64,000 nucleotides of DNA from Trichoplax sp. H2 (lineage: Eukaryota): NCBI GenBank assembly GCA_003344405.1, contig NOWV01000126.1, positions 62,001 through 126,000 on the forward strand. The letters are read 5' to 3'. Below, one piece after another: positions 12,644 to 25,890 of this stretch (positions are counted from its first letter, which is position 1; the number at the start of each line of letters is the position of its first letter). The notes below the pieces were generated by a model. It saw nothing but the letters and a program-made list of their open reading frames with translations, was not told where the DNA came from and ran no database searches. A program made the position numbers and the translations under genes.

Positions 12644-13784
12644 AGGATGGTTCGAACACTACCTCGGTTACAGCAGCAGATTCCATAGAGACGACGCTGA
12701 CTCGATCAATTTTGAATCATCCTTCTATCTGAAACCAAAAAAAAGGCAGTTATAGTTCTCTTAGCATTGCAGTATTCCTTTCTCGACCTTGTCATCATCC
12801 AAGCCCGTTAAGATACCATACTTCGCCATTTGTAAAATCGTCCATCAACGATCGATCAATCATTACAAGTACAATACACTAGAATAACGCGTAGTAACAA
12901 ATACGAGTACCCTCTCTCGGGGCCATCGCCATGCTTAACCTTAAGGATGTCCTTTTTTATTTGTTTTACCACTTTTTTGGGGGTGAACATATTATTTGAA
13001 TGCTATTAAAGGGTCCCCCCCCCAAATTTTCCAACTGATAGTCACTCCTATGCGATTGCACCATTTTTTTGCCCTTTCTAAATCCAATTGGATGTTTTAC
13101 ACGACCAAAATTTGATCGAAACTGCTAATGTTATGGCGGACCTATTGATGACTAGGATTAAATCAATTAATGATGTACCTGAACTTGTCGTCACTTACTT
13201 CTAGTAGACTGAGTTGTCATATCCATGTTTGAATTTCTTGTAATTTGCATGTCCTTTTTCTCATTTGCATTTTGTCGCTTTGATTATTTTTAAATGGACG
13301 ACAATTAAAGGTTAAGCAATTAAGCTACAAGAGAAAGAAATTGCATATAGAAGCGCTTCCAACGATAGAGTTGAGATACAAGAAGTGAGGTAAGAATCGA
13401 TAATTGACACTGATGACTAATGCTCAATCAATTGAATCGGATCAATCGCCAGACTTAGTAATAAAATACATTGAATATATTGCTTACCACTTGATCATGA
13501 TTTAGTGAAAGATAGTCTACTGGTACAACATCGTACTCCATTGGAAACTTGGCTTGGATTCTTCAATAACTGCTTGACTGACATTTACTACACTCAATTG
13601 ACGAACGACGAATTGATCTTAATTAGTATCTTGACGGTGTCATCTCTTGCCTGTCTATTTTGCTGACAAGTGATAGAACCCATTCTCATTCCTTGAAGTT
13701 CAATTTTACTTTAAGCCTTTTTTCATCATTTTTATCTCCTGCCTCCTTGCTCGATCGTAAGCGCTAACGACACCTTCTTACACC

Positions 13785-16700
13785 ATGAGTACTGGGAGAT
13801 TGAGAACGACATCTTTTGCCGACAATCATGCCAAACCGCAGCATACCGTCGTTGGCGATCTGAAAGTAACCCGTAAGTAAGAATTATAATGCACCAATCA
13901 TGTTTAAAATCTCTTGAACCATATGTACCTTGGAGCTACTTGCTATCATAGCATTTAAACTATGTCGCATGCATGAAAGTAGCAAATGATCCATCTTACT
14001 TTGGTTGTATCACTGTATGATGTGAAATGATGTACATATCGAATTGCTAACATGGAAGGGATCGCTTTAAAAAGAAAGAAATAATAATACGTGGATACCC
14101 TTGGACTTGTTATTTAGTACAGTTACTAGTAAAGTAGGCGGCATTTTTTTTTCCCATACTTTACAGTCGGCTGAAAGGTTAATTCAGTAAAGTATATTGC
14201 ATAAAAGCTCATTCACGCTTTTAAAGTTGTATCGTTGTCGATATTTCTCCATTCGATCCAATTCAATGTAGTTCATCCATATCGTAGAATTAAGTGAAGA
14301 TGCGCCAACCTCAATTATCAATGATACTCTGTTAACGCCAATTGCTCTCCATTTACAACATGGAGTAGCCAGTAGAGTCAAGACTTTTAAGTGAGATTTT
14401 ACAAATTATAAATTAGGATAATATCATTTCCATCTTTTTTATCTTCGACTCTTTTTTTTCCCCTACCGACTAGATGCCAGCTAAGTTACAGTAGCTTAAC
14501 CGTCGTGTAGTTGAAGTCCAATGATGCAACTGAGTTATTGTATAAAACAACATCATTTCATATTCAATCATATTTGAATTATGTTTGATGAATATCTTTC
14601 AACATAAACTTCAACGTACAAGTACCCTTACTCTATTTTACAAACTCCTTTTGTTGTCGAAGCTAGTAATGACCTTTTTTCCCCATAGTTCCAAGGATTC
14701 AATAGTTAATTAATCTTCATTCTCTTTTGATGGTAGATGGTTAAACTCAGTTTATCCACCTTTAGATGAGTAGACGTTTAAACTCTCGAATCATAAAACT
14801 TAAGAGAGTTATGACCATTGGAGAGATAAACTATAACACGAGTTACTGTAATATTGCAGGATAGTTGGGTATTATCTATCTGTCTATGTTATTTTCATTA
14901 AATGCACGCTTTACATTCTGTAGCAGACGGACCTTTATCGCAGTAAATATACAGTAGAATTCAATGATATATATATATATATATATACATAAAATAGGAT
15001 AATGTAGGGTAAAATTGGATTTATACATGTTTGTATCCTATTTACTATTATATCTATCAATTGAAAGTGAAAAAGTTGACATGACTTCAATGCCATAGTC
15101 GCAGTACAAATAGCTCTAAAATCGCACTTTGTCTCCTACATAAATTAAACAGTACTGTATGGACAGTCAATGAGCGGGAAATAACGTTCTTGAATGATAA
15201 ACAAAATGAAATATTCATTGTATGGTGGCCTATATCACCATGATTATTATATTAATGTAGAAAAGAACGATCGGAAAGATCATGATCTAGAGTGCAAGAG
15301 TAGTGGTCTGAAACTGTCAATTGAAGTAGCGATGAAGGAAAGGATACTATAAAGATGATTCTGTCATTATACTAGCAATAGTCAAAGTATGCTATAAAAG
15401 TTTCCATTTCGATTAAGTTGAGAAAGAAAAAGAAAAGTGAATTACATAGTACAGTAATAGCCGTCTTGATTGTTTAAGTTTGTCTTATTACTATCAATCG
15501 AGTCTAGGTTGCTGACCATTTGTGTCAACGTTTAAAATAGGTCCAGGTTAAAAGATGGCATAACATGGAAGAATTAGAATTATTTAAATGGAATTTATGA
15601 AAGAATATTGTAGATTGTGTTATGCCATAGTAATAAGATTCTAATCATGATGCTGGGACGTAACATTGTTACAACAATAAATGAATCATGTTTAATTTAT
15701 CATTTATTTAAGAATTTTTTTATTTCATATTGTTATCTTTATGAAAACGAAATGACATTCTATACTGTAGTGTATATTATAAATTGATGTCTAACGGAGT
15801 CAAGTTAATTCTATCCAATTTACCCTATCATTGCCCCTTTTCTCAACTTTATTCAAACAGTTCATTATTGTTCAAGGTATTTTTATTCTTAATATACAGT
15901 AGGTAGACACTATAGAAATGATCAATATCTGTTTTTAAATTCGAATAAGTCATCATTCAGAAATGATATTGATTGACCATTGACAAGTTATACCTGTACC
16001 TTGCTCATGCAATAGGTGATAAGGATGGCCAACGAATTACAAGTGTTCAAGCAACTTATGGACAACTTCCTGATCGTAACGAAGAAATTAGCTATACCGA
16101 TACAAAAGTTATTGGTAATGGCAGCTTTGGTGTAGTCTACTCAGCGAAATTGTTAGGCAATGAAACTGAAATTGTTGCTATTAAGAAAGTATTGCAGGAT
16201 AAACGATTCAAGGTTTGTCGTTTTAATTTAATTTGCAATTAATATTGATTTCTTTTCGACTTTAATCTTGTTAACGCTATTTCGTATTCAGATGGATAGT
16301 AATTTTATCGTACTTATTATCCTTAAGTGTACTTGATTAATTGTCGTTCTATACATCACTATAAAACCAAAATATGATCATTAATCCACTTTTAAAATCT
16401 CTATTTTCAATATTATTCTACAAGAATATTTCCTTCTTTGTTGTCTTGTTAAAAGGCTCCGCTATACTTATTACTATTATATATTGTCGTAATTTGGGTA
16501 CTTAATAATACACGTATGATCGCATGAAAACAATCGTTTAATATTACTCTTTCTGCCTCATTACTGCGGGTAAAAATAATGGTTATAGTAATGATAATAA
16601 TGTTAGCTGGTTGGAATCATAATCGCTACTATCAACTAATAAATCGACAACCAGAACGATTGCAATAACAAGATACACTTTAATATCTCTATCTGATTCT

Positions 16701-19048
16701 TGATAACTGCACTAATTTTTGTTTTTTTTCATCCTTCAACTATTTTGCTACTGTTATCAATTACATTGAACATTTCTTTTTGTCATTTTTATTTTTAAAT
16801 CGAATAATTTTGATGATTGTTGTTTTTAATTAATCCATCAATTGATTCATGTTGCACTCAATAACAAGTTTAAGAAATAGAGAGCAATTTACTATTCCAA
16901 AAAAAGAATGTTTATTGCATTTTTGTAGATAATCACCTTATGTAATTGACATTCCTAAAGCTAATATTATTGATGCATTATTTTTTGCTGATAGAATCGT
17001 GAATTGCAGATTATGAGACGATTAGACCACATCAATATCGTGAAATTGTTTTACTTTTTCTATTCAGCCGGCGATAAGGTCAGTATAGAAAATTAGTTCG
17101 ATTCAAAATACTTAAATATAATTAATTGAATACGCAATCATATTAATGAACAGCGCAATGTTTTCTATATGATGCCATTTTATAGCCATTAATTGGGCTT
17201 AAATAACTTGTACATTGGAAATTTTTATTCATTTTTTTTTTTATTTTTAATTAATTTTTGTAGTAATTGCAATATTTAACAAATTTATACTTGAAAAATT
17301 AGTCATGTTGTGTTACCAATTCACCTATTGCCTTAAGTTTAATGCGATGCACTAATTAATAATGATGATGATAAATCTTCTTAATTATTCACAGAAGGAT
17401 GAAATATTCCTTAATTTGGTATTAGAGTTTGTCCCAGAAACTGTCTATCGTGTTGCCAGACATTTTACTAAACAAAAACAGTCTATGCCAATCTTCTTTG
17501 TCAAGGTAAAAATCAAAATCAAAATGTAAATAAAATTCTTCAATTCTCCACACCCTCTATTTTGACATTTTGAAACACTTATTTATGACAGCTTCATCTG
17601 TATCAACTGTTTCGATCTTTGGCCTACATTCACTCTCATGGTATATGTCATCGTGATATCAAACCACAAAATTTGTTGTTGTACCCAGATACCGGTCTTT
17701 TAAAGTTGTGTGACTTTGGAAGGTAACGATGTGACAGTTTTACTAATGAGAGTCAATTAAAGTTTGTGTAGTATTGTTGTAAAGTACGATCAATTTTATT
17801 TATCCCATATAATTGAAATTATGTATAGATATATATATATGTTAAATCATAATTTATTGCTATGTTGCTGTTATTATTCTGCAGTTTCAACGACTTGTAT
17901 TACGTACGAGTTTTTATCTTGTTAACAAGGGTTTAATCGAAAAAAAAGTGTTAACTAAATTGCAATTGAATGTATTTTTAATATACAGTGCAAAGGTATT
18001 AGTCAAAGGCGAACCCAACGTTTCATATATCTGTTCACGCTACTATCGTGCACCTGAACTAATATTTGGAGCTACAGATTACACTGTGAAGATCGGTACG
18101 TTAATATTTTATATTAATTTATTCACCAGTATCGGTTATGTCACAGTAAACACATAGCTTTTATTCTAATTTTGTCTTCTTTGTAACGCAAATAATACAC
18201 ACATTCGAATTAATGAGAGGATTTATTATATCTACTCGTACATTAGATACGTGGTCGGCTGGATGTGTTTTAGCTGAACTTTTATTAGGACAGCCCCTCT
18301 TTCCTGGTGAAAGTGGAGTCGATCAGTTAGTAGAGATCATTAAAGTTTTAGGGACACCAACCAGAGATCAAATTCGTGATATGAATCCCAATTATACTGA
18401 ATTTAAATTTCCTCAAATCAAAGCTCATCCATGGGCAAAAGTAAGATCAATTATTTACAAAATTTTTTCAGTTAATACTCATTCTAGTGTTATTCTTTAC
18501 ATAATAATAACACTCCATCGTTTATTAACGATCGTCTGTTTTATCCTGTTGTAATATATGTCATTTATATTATTCAGGTCTTTCGAACAAGGACCTGTAG
18601 CGAGGCAATTGCTTTAATAGGCAAACTATTAGAGTACACGCCATCCAAGCGATTATCAACATTGGATTGTCTAGCACATAATTTCTTTGACGATTTAAGA
18701 CAACCGGGTTGCAAAATGCCAAATGGTAGAGAATTACCACCACTTTTTAATTTTACTCCTCATGGTATGTAATTTCTGCTCAATTAAAAGTTGAAGGACA
18801 CCTTATTTTTTTTTATTATAGTAAATTATACGCTGTCTATTATCGTACCCTAGAAGTACGATCTTGTCTAATGCATATAATAATCAATTTAAAAATTTTT
18901 TTTCATCTTTCGTACTACAGAACTGTCCATTCAACCAAGTCTAAACTCTATCTTAGTACCTTCGTATAAGTCTTCAACAAAGACTGACGGCCCTTCTGCT
19001 GGAGCTAGTAATGACAACGTATCAAATGCTGCTGCTGCATCTTCGTAA
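13785..19048 (+). CDS. GSK3: Glycogen synthase kinase 3 (GSK3-beta/shaggy type), 9 exons, ~408 aa
   Basis: Exons 13785-13872, 16016-16212, 16995-17078, 17395-17505, 17592-17722, 17989-18095, 18247-18440, 18578-18764 and 18921-19048 splice in frame (1227 nt). Motifs: [13 protein letters not shown] (Ser9-type inhibitory site), [59 protein letters not shown]. Confidence 0.98.
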
Positions 19049-22000
19049 ATTTAATTGTATGTATTCTTGTTTGCACCGTAATACTGCTTTTACTAAGGCC
19101 GATTTGGTAGTGAATCATTTTTTGTTAAAAATTGTGTTGATAAAGATGCCTTCGATATTACAAAAATTCAATAGGAAGATAGATTTTTTTTTACTTTCAG
19201 CGAGTTAACAGGTGCAAAAAATGAAACTTTAATAGATTATTTTGTACTTGTACAGTTTTATCCGGTTGGATTGGTATGATATTGCTAGCGCAATGATTAT
19301 TTACCGTAATAGTGAATTGATTAATTAATTAATTATTATAAATTGCCAACAAACGTTCGTTGAAGACATTCTGTAATCACACAGTTATAGCAGTACTCAT
19401 AATATCGGAGTGCTGAAGTTAACTTTTGTTCTCGTTGCTGTGATATGTAGTTGCTATTGTTGATTATCGGTAATCTTGTACAGGAAAATATAATACGTGC
19501 CATGTGGGATACTGTAATGCAATGCTAGAGAATAGCTTTGTGTCTTGAAACTGATGAAGTGTAATAATTTCGCTTAATAATAATATTGATGTATTTGTCA
19601 TTGCAATTGCCATTTTGGCTGCAGTAGTGTATTACAGTATTTTTTTTTTTTAGTCATCACGGCAACATTAAGCATTGTAAACTCATTTGGCCTTACCATT
19701 GTGTAAACAAATGTGTAAATTGTATGCTCTAATTTTAAAATCAGTGTAGTTGTGTATGAGGTACTTGGATTGGTTAGGTTTTCAACAACTTGACAATCAA
19801 TGTCGGATTATGTAAACCTGTTCTTTCGGCTAGAAATTAATCAATCGTTAGTTATATTCTAAATGGAATGTTATCTTATACCCCGAAGTTATTCTTCTTA
19901 TTATTAACATATACTGTAGCCTATTAATTATTATTAGATAGTTCGATCTTGCATATGGGAATACCTTGGTATATCCCTATAACTATATATTAATACGGTA
20001 TATCTTTTAATCTTTTACTTTTCCCAGCTGACATTGTACAACGATTGTGTACCTATGCGAATCAGTAGTACTTGTCTCATTAGTCAGCTCATTTAATTCA
20101 TTCTATTTGGCTAGTTTCAATGCAATTAGCAAATGGCATCAATTGTTATGAATAAGTATATGGTTTATAACTATGATAATGCTAACTAATTGCTGAGCCA
20201 AAAATTATTGCTTGAATGTAAATCTGTTGTCTCTGTAAGAGTTACTGCTGTTGTATTCAATTCCCGTATTACTTTTGACTCTAAAGAGAAAATGGATCGC
20301 TCATTTAATATTTCGTAGTTTGACCTTAACGCATTCAAGATTGGCATTATTACTGCTATTTGGCATTTATTTTAACCCAATAGAATGATGATAAGATATT
20401 TCAAAGTTATTGTATTGCATTTTTAGATCACTCCTATACGCTGTACATTTTAATCTTTTTATGTTAATGTTGCAATTTATCATCTGCACTGTGGTTGATA
20501 TCGATTATAATGATTGTACAATTTACAGTGGAATAAAGAGTTGTAACGTTAAACATAAAGTCGTAAATTGAACCAGTTTTAAATCTTCTGTATCAATCAT
20601 CCCTTTCATTACTAATGGATAGGTCAAGCTCAGTCGAATGCATGACACAAGTCAAGCCAAATAAGTTACGACTCGTACTTCACAATAGTTTCAAAATAGA
20701 TTAAATTTCCATTTCATTTAGTAATACTAATATAATCTGCAGTAGTTGGAGTAAATTCGTAATACGAATGAAGTGATACATAGATTGTACCTGAGGAGTA
20801 CATATCTTCGCCAAGATACAATTTCATACCCGTATTTTTGGATGCGGCTTCATAGTTAATACCTGGATAGAGTAATAACCCAAGCTTCGAATGATCATGA
20901 CTCAAATGCAGTTAAGATTTTGTATTGAGAAAGGAAGAAAAACTTAGCTAACACTGTTACTGCAGTACAGAATATACGACATTTGAATCCTGACTCTTAC
21001 AATATAGTGTTCTCGCTAATGACTATACAGAAATAGCAAAGTAAGCATCGTTACTGCTGATAAAGTATTGTATTACTATATATTTTTCTACTGATAGTTT
21101 CTTAGCTCACATAAGCCATCGCTCCGCTCCGTTATCTTACTGTTGATAAGTTCGCTCATTTATTGGCGGCTGTAAGTCGTTAAATAGCGCTATTCCAACC
21201 ATTCAATAGTTTATATAGTGACATTAAAGTGAAAATAGCAAAAGTTCAACCAATCAACTCTTCTAAAAGTATTCCCGTAAGACATATTTTTCTTTCTTTT
21301 CTTGTAACAAATTACCAATATTTTGAAATTGTAACAGCTACGATAGTGATTACAATCGATGTTGAATGAATTACAATTACAAACTTTAATTGGTAGGTAC
21401 GATAGTTAAAGTTATAAGAACGATAGCAGTCAAATTATGGATATTCAAAATTTGAATAGCAGCTTTTTTTCATGATAGAATTATATCATCACGTTATTAT
21501 AATTAATTAATCATAACTTAATTGCCACAATTTTGACGGCAAATTATGCATATTATGCAGATATTATTTTAATATGACTTTCCTATTAGAAATTCTAAAC
21601 GTGGATAAAGCTCAAATTATCTTAGCTTCATTAAATTAAGATTATAAGAAAATAAAGTACCGCACTAGGCCGATGGTATACATGGTGAGTTACATAACTA
21701 TCAGTAAAAACCATTGGCTGTCGTAAAGTTTGCCAAATATATTATTCATTAAAGTGCATTACGTAGCTCGTTTTTTAACTGAAGAGAAATTATAGTAGAT
21801 GCAATACACGTGTTATTATAATGTTGGGATTGTAAGTCCGTTAGACAGGTGAATATTATTCATGGAATAACGATGATAACGATTTAGAAATACGTACTTG
21901 CTTAGCAATCTTATCTGTTTGAACACCGGTTAAAATATCAGAAAATAAAAATTTAGGCTTGGTCTTGCTACGATGATTGATTTGTTGCCGACGGAAAATC

Positions 22001-22145
22001 GATACTAAGTATGATCGATACCTACAGAATACTGTAGATTGCATTCTTAATCATGGTGGCACTTATTGTGAACACTGTTCACGGTAGCTAGATCTTTGGA
22101 ATAGGTTTAGTGACCTTGATAATCTATGTCCATCGATTAGCAAAT

Positions 22146-23222
22146 TTACATTTCAGTGGCACTACTTTGATTTCCTTCAATTCTGCTACTATTATGGATT
22201 AAGCTTTGTTGAGTTATGGTCCGTTTAATTGCTGGCGATTGGCCAGGTGATGTTGGTAGGATTTTATGATGAAATAGTTGCCATGTTGCATTTTTATAGG
22301 CATCACTTAACGTAACTAAGACTAATGGATTAACAACACCATAAACATAACCTAACAGATGAGCAATAATGAAGAAAGCTCGAAAAGTACAAAAATTTTT
22401 CCGGATATAGGCCGTTGAAAAAGCAATTAATATCACACAAATAAAAATTGGTAGCCAACATAAGAAAAATGATCCTGAAAGTATCCATAAGATGTTTGTA
22501 ACTTTGCGATTATTTTTAACAGCAGCCTCTCCTAATCGTTCACGGACTTCTATATTATGATGTCGTAGATTATAAGCTAAACAACTGTATAATAGCATGA
22601 TAATTGCAAATGGTATCAAATATACAATCATCAATAATATACTTGTATATATTAAATTGTGTAGCTCATAAGAATGAAATCTGTACGTACAAAAAATTGT
22701 AGTCTGAAGATCACGAAAAACTGGTGATATCACAGAGGGTAAAACGATAGAAATGCCAACCAGCCAGATCACAACGATCCCAATGGAGGCTTGTGATTTA
22801 GTTAAGCTTCTGTTCCTGTAGTTAGCCACTGCACGATAGCGTTCTACTGTCATAAATTCCATAGTTAGCATTTCAACAATAGCTAAAGCATTGGTTAGAG
22901 ATCCATAGAAGTAGCATAACGCATCATTGGCAAACCAGTAGCCTAGAATATCACGGCTTAATGTTATGGGTAAACTAAGACCTGTTAATAGTAGATGAGT
23001 TATGGCTAAATTAAAAATCATCAAATGCATGGAAGTTCGAAATTTTCGATGAAAGTTCTTGATGATAACGCAAACAATAACACTATTGCCAAACATAGCG
23101 AGGAAAAAGACGATCACATAGAAAATGATTAATACTATAAAAGGCGCAGGTAATGTTGTTATGCTGCCGCAAATCCTTGCCTCTGCACCGGTGCTGCTGC
23201 TATTGTTAAAGGGGAAATTCAT
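22146..23222 (-). CDS. Intronless class A (rhodopsin-like) GPCR, peptide-receptor-like, 358 aa
   Basis: Seven hydrophobic segments, N-terminal NxS sequons, TM1 GN, ECL1 W..C, TM3 ERY, TM4 W, TM5 IP..Y, TM6 CWLP and TM7 NP. Confidence 0.93.
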   Translation of the reverse strand: MNFPFNNSSSTGAEARICGSITTLPAPFIVLIIFYVIVFFLAMFGNSVIVCVIIKNFHRKFRTSMHLMIFNLAITHLLLTGLSLPITLSRDILGYWFANDALCYFYGSLTNALAIVEMLTMEFMTVERYRAVANYRNRSLTKSQASIGIVVIWLVGISIVLPSVISPVFRDLQTTIFCTYRFHSYELHNLIYTSILLMIVYLIPFAIIMLLYSCLAYNLRHHNIEVRERLGEAAVKNNRKVTNILWILSGSFFLCWLPIFICVILIAFSTAYIRKNFCTFRAFFIIAHLLGYVYGVVNPLVLVTLSDAYKNATWQLFHHKILPTSPGQSPAIKRTITQQSLIHNSSRIEGNQSSATEM

Positions 23223-25509
23223 ACTTGAATTAAAATTGTCGCTTGCAGATCATTAAATATGAAATAAGGCTTGAATCAAGATAAATCTATCTAAATCATA
23301 GCATTCTAATGACCAAATGACTGTTAATATCGCAATAAATTAGATTTTTGTGGCACAGTAACGAATTAATATTGAAACTGTTGTTGTGTTAGGATCCTGA
23401 ATTTGCTAATTGAGAAAACCGTATCGGACGGAAATTTTTGATAATTAATTATATACGGTAAATAATAAACTTGCTTAGTCGATCAACTACGTATACGAAA
23501 ATTTATTGCCCTCATATATCAAATTGGTTAATGCTTTACTTGTATTTCATGTATTAAAAGTAAATCCCTAATATATGAAAAGGCTTGCTTGATTAGCGAT
23601 TGAAGGAGTACACTTGTGGAGATATATATTTTCCGCTAAACGGAAGCGTGACTAGCGATAAATCCCAAAACTTATGTTATTTCGTCTTTATGGCGTCGGA
23701 TAGCCGGCTGATAGTTGTATTAATAAAACTATTATTATGTACTCCCGTATGAGTACTGATTCAATATTTTAATGTATCTGTTTGGATATCCATTGGATAA
23801 ATAGATCGTTTCTAAATTATTAGTTCTATTAGCCTAATATCTGCGGTATATTTTATTCTCTGGAAATAACAGAAGGTCCTGATTCTGAAATAATCCAATC
23901 ACCCAATTAACAAAAATATAAATATTGATTGTGGATTAACTTGCACTTATTGCTTTGAAAGTGCTACAGGTAGATTAACACTTATATTCTCCAATGTTGT
24001 AAATTATTACGATTTTTTTTTTCAATCCGAATTGTATCAATACCAGCGGTGGTGCAGTGATAAAAAATAAAGCCGGCTAATTAGATTTGCCTGAGATTCA
24101 ACAGCAGCATCGCTGGTGTGGATGTAAACTTTCTTTAAGAGCAAGGTTTCTACCCTTTTACCTATATAACGTATAGTACAAAGCCAACCGCAGGACTTGT
24201 TCGAGATAAACCAATTTTTTTTATGCTGTTTTGACAGAAATCGTTGTGCTAGTTTATTAGGACTGACCAAAAATGGACTTCATGAGCACAGTTTTTTCCT
24301 CTAGGTCTAGATAAGAGAAAATAATAACACATTCAATAGCTTTTTTTTTCCATTTTGTGTGAATAATTTCACTTGAGATTTAGATTAATTCACTTACGAC
24401 ACTAGTTAATGATTGATTTTATGGCTTAATTGTCAGTAGGCACGGCAAAAGTTATCTCTTAAGCATCAATCAATGCCGAATGCAACTGGAAGCAAAATGG
24501 TAAGAGACACTGTTGCGTGTTGATTTTATATTGATAAGTGCCGATGATAGAATTGGACGAATAGGATTTCGTACAGTTACTTATTTACTGAATGCAGAAT
24601 ACATTACATTGGCTTTGCCAGTAATAATTATATCGATCACCTAGCATTATGTAGAAAATAAATATTTATTATGTAGATTTAAAAATAAAACAAATTTGCT
24701 GTACTGTATACTTAATTGTACGTGAGCCATTAGAATAGCGAGTATTCATCGCTAGGGCTGATTCAACAACCTTTTAAAGTATTCTTAACCGTAAATTAGT
24801 ACTTGTAGAAAGCATTTCTGCTTTCACTATACGATTTAATTTTTGCTAATTCAGATGGTTGAACAAGGAAACAAGTTCTATTGGACGAACAACAATTTAT
24901 AAAACGACTGGCTTGAATATATATTGTTCTCACAATAGAATTATAATTTACTAGAAGTCTCTTTGATCGCGTGCTTATTGCTATTTCGGTAAGCTTTAAT
25001 TTACTATTCCAACAAAAGTTAGCGACCTATAGTGTCAATATCATGACACTAAATCACCAATCAGCTCTTCATCTTGAAATGAAGAAAGAGTGGCTATTGT
25101 CAGCTTCAATTAATGCAATAGTCAATGGCGAATAATGGTGTAATTAACTAAAAACTAAATTCTATTGATCTCGGCATTTAATTCGGTATCAATACAGGAG
25201 GAGAGTTAGTAATGCAACCAGTATAATTATAATGTAATTTATTAAATACATATTCCCGCATTCATTTTCTGCCTAGGAGTCTAACCGAGCAATTAATTCT
25301 CTTTGTTGGTAATCAGGAATTAAATCATGAATTGAACTATAGGATGCTATGGAAATAGTCTTTATAATGGCGGAATCTTGCAGTCAGTAGCGAGAATATA
25401 CGTGCATATACATTAGTTCGTTTTAAGATGCATGCGGCTTGTTTAATAAAAAAATTACGATCGTTTGGCTGAGTAAGTAAAAATAGAGCAACTACTGGTA
25501 TAGCTCTGT

Positions 25510-25890
25510 ATAGGATGGCAAAAATATAAAGTAATTAGTTTACTTAGCATATTGAGTGATGCTTTTACCTATCCTTACGTCATCAAACGGGCATACTAAT
25601 TATGAGGTCCGGAAAATGTTGAAGTTTACAGTATTGATTTGGATTTGACATTGGGATCCACTGTTACGACTAGAGCATAAGATTTGTAGTTAGTATTTGA
25701 TAGGATACGAGGGTAAAAATATAAAGTAATCAGTTCATATAGTGTACTGAACAATGTTTTACCAATCTTTACGTCATCAAATAGGCTCTCAAATTGTGAG
25801 TGAGGAAAATATTAAAGTTTATAGTATTAATTGCGGCATGATAGCTGGATCTACTGTTATGCTTACAGCATATGATTTGCAGCCAATATA
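25510..25890. repeat. Diverged tandem duplication, 195-bp period
   Basis: AAAATATAAAGTAAT at 25521 and 25716. Shared TTACGTCATCAAA, GGAAAAT.TT.AAGTTTA.AGTATT and GGATC.ACTGTTA blocks occur in both copies. Confidence 0.8.

Noticed and set aside
12649-12670. GGTTCGAAC resembling a tRNA B-box/T-loop
   Set aside because: No cloverleaf or A-box; the upstream sequence is poly-G.
19049-20540. Possible ~1.5 kb GSK3 3' UTR ending at AATAAA 20532
   Set aside because: Plausible, but it cannot be delimited without transcript data.
20714-20905. 63-aa minus-strand ORF that looks coding
   Set aside because: No ATG start, no convincing splice partners and no recognisable family.
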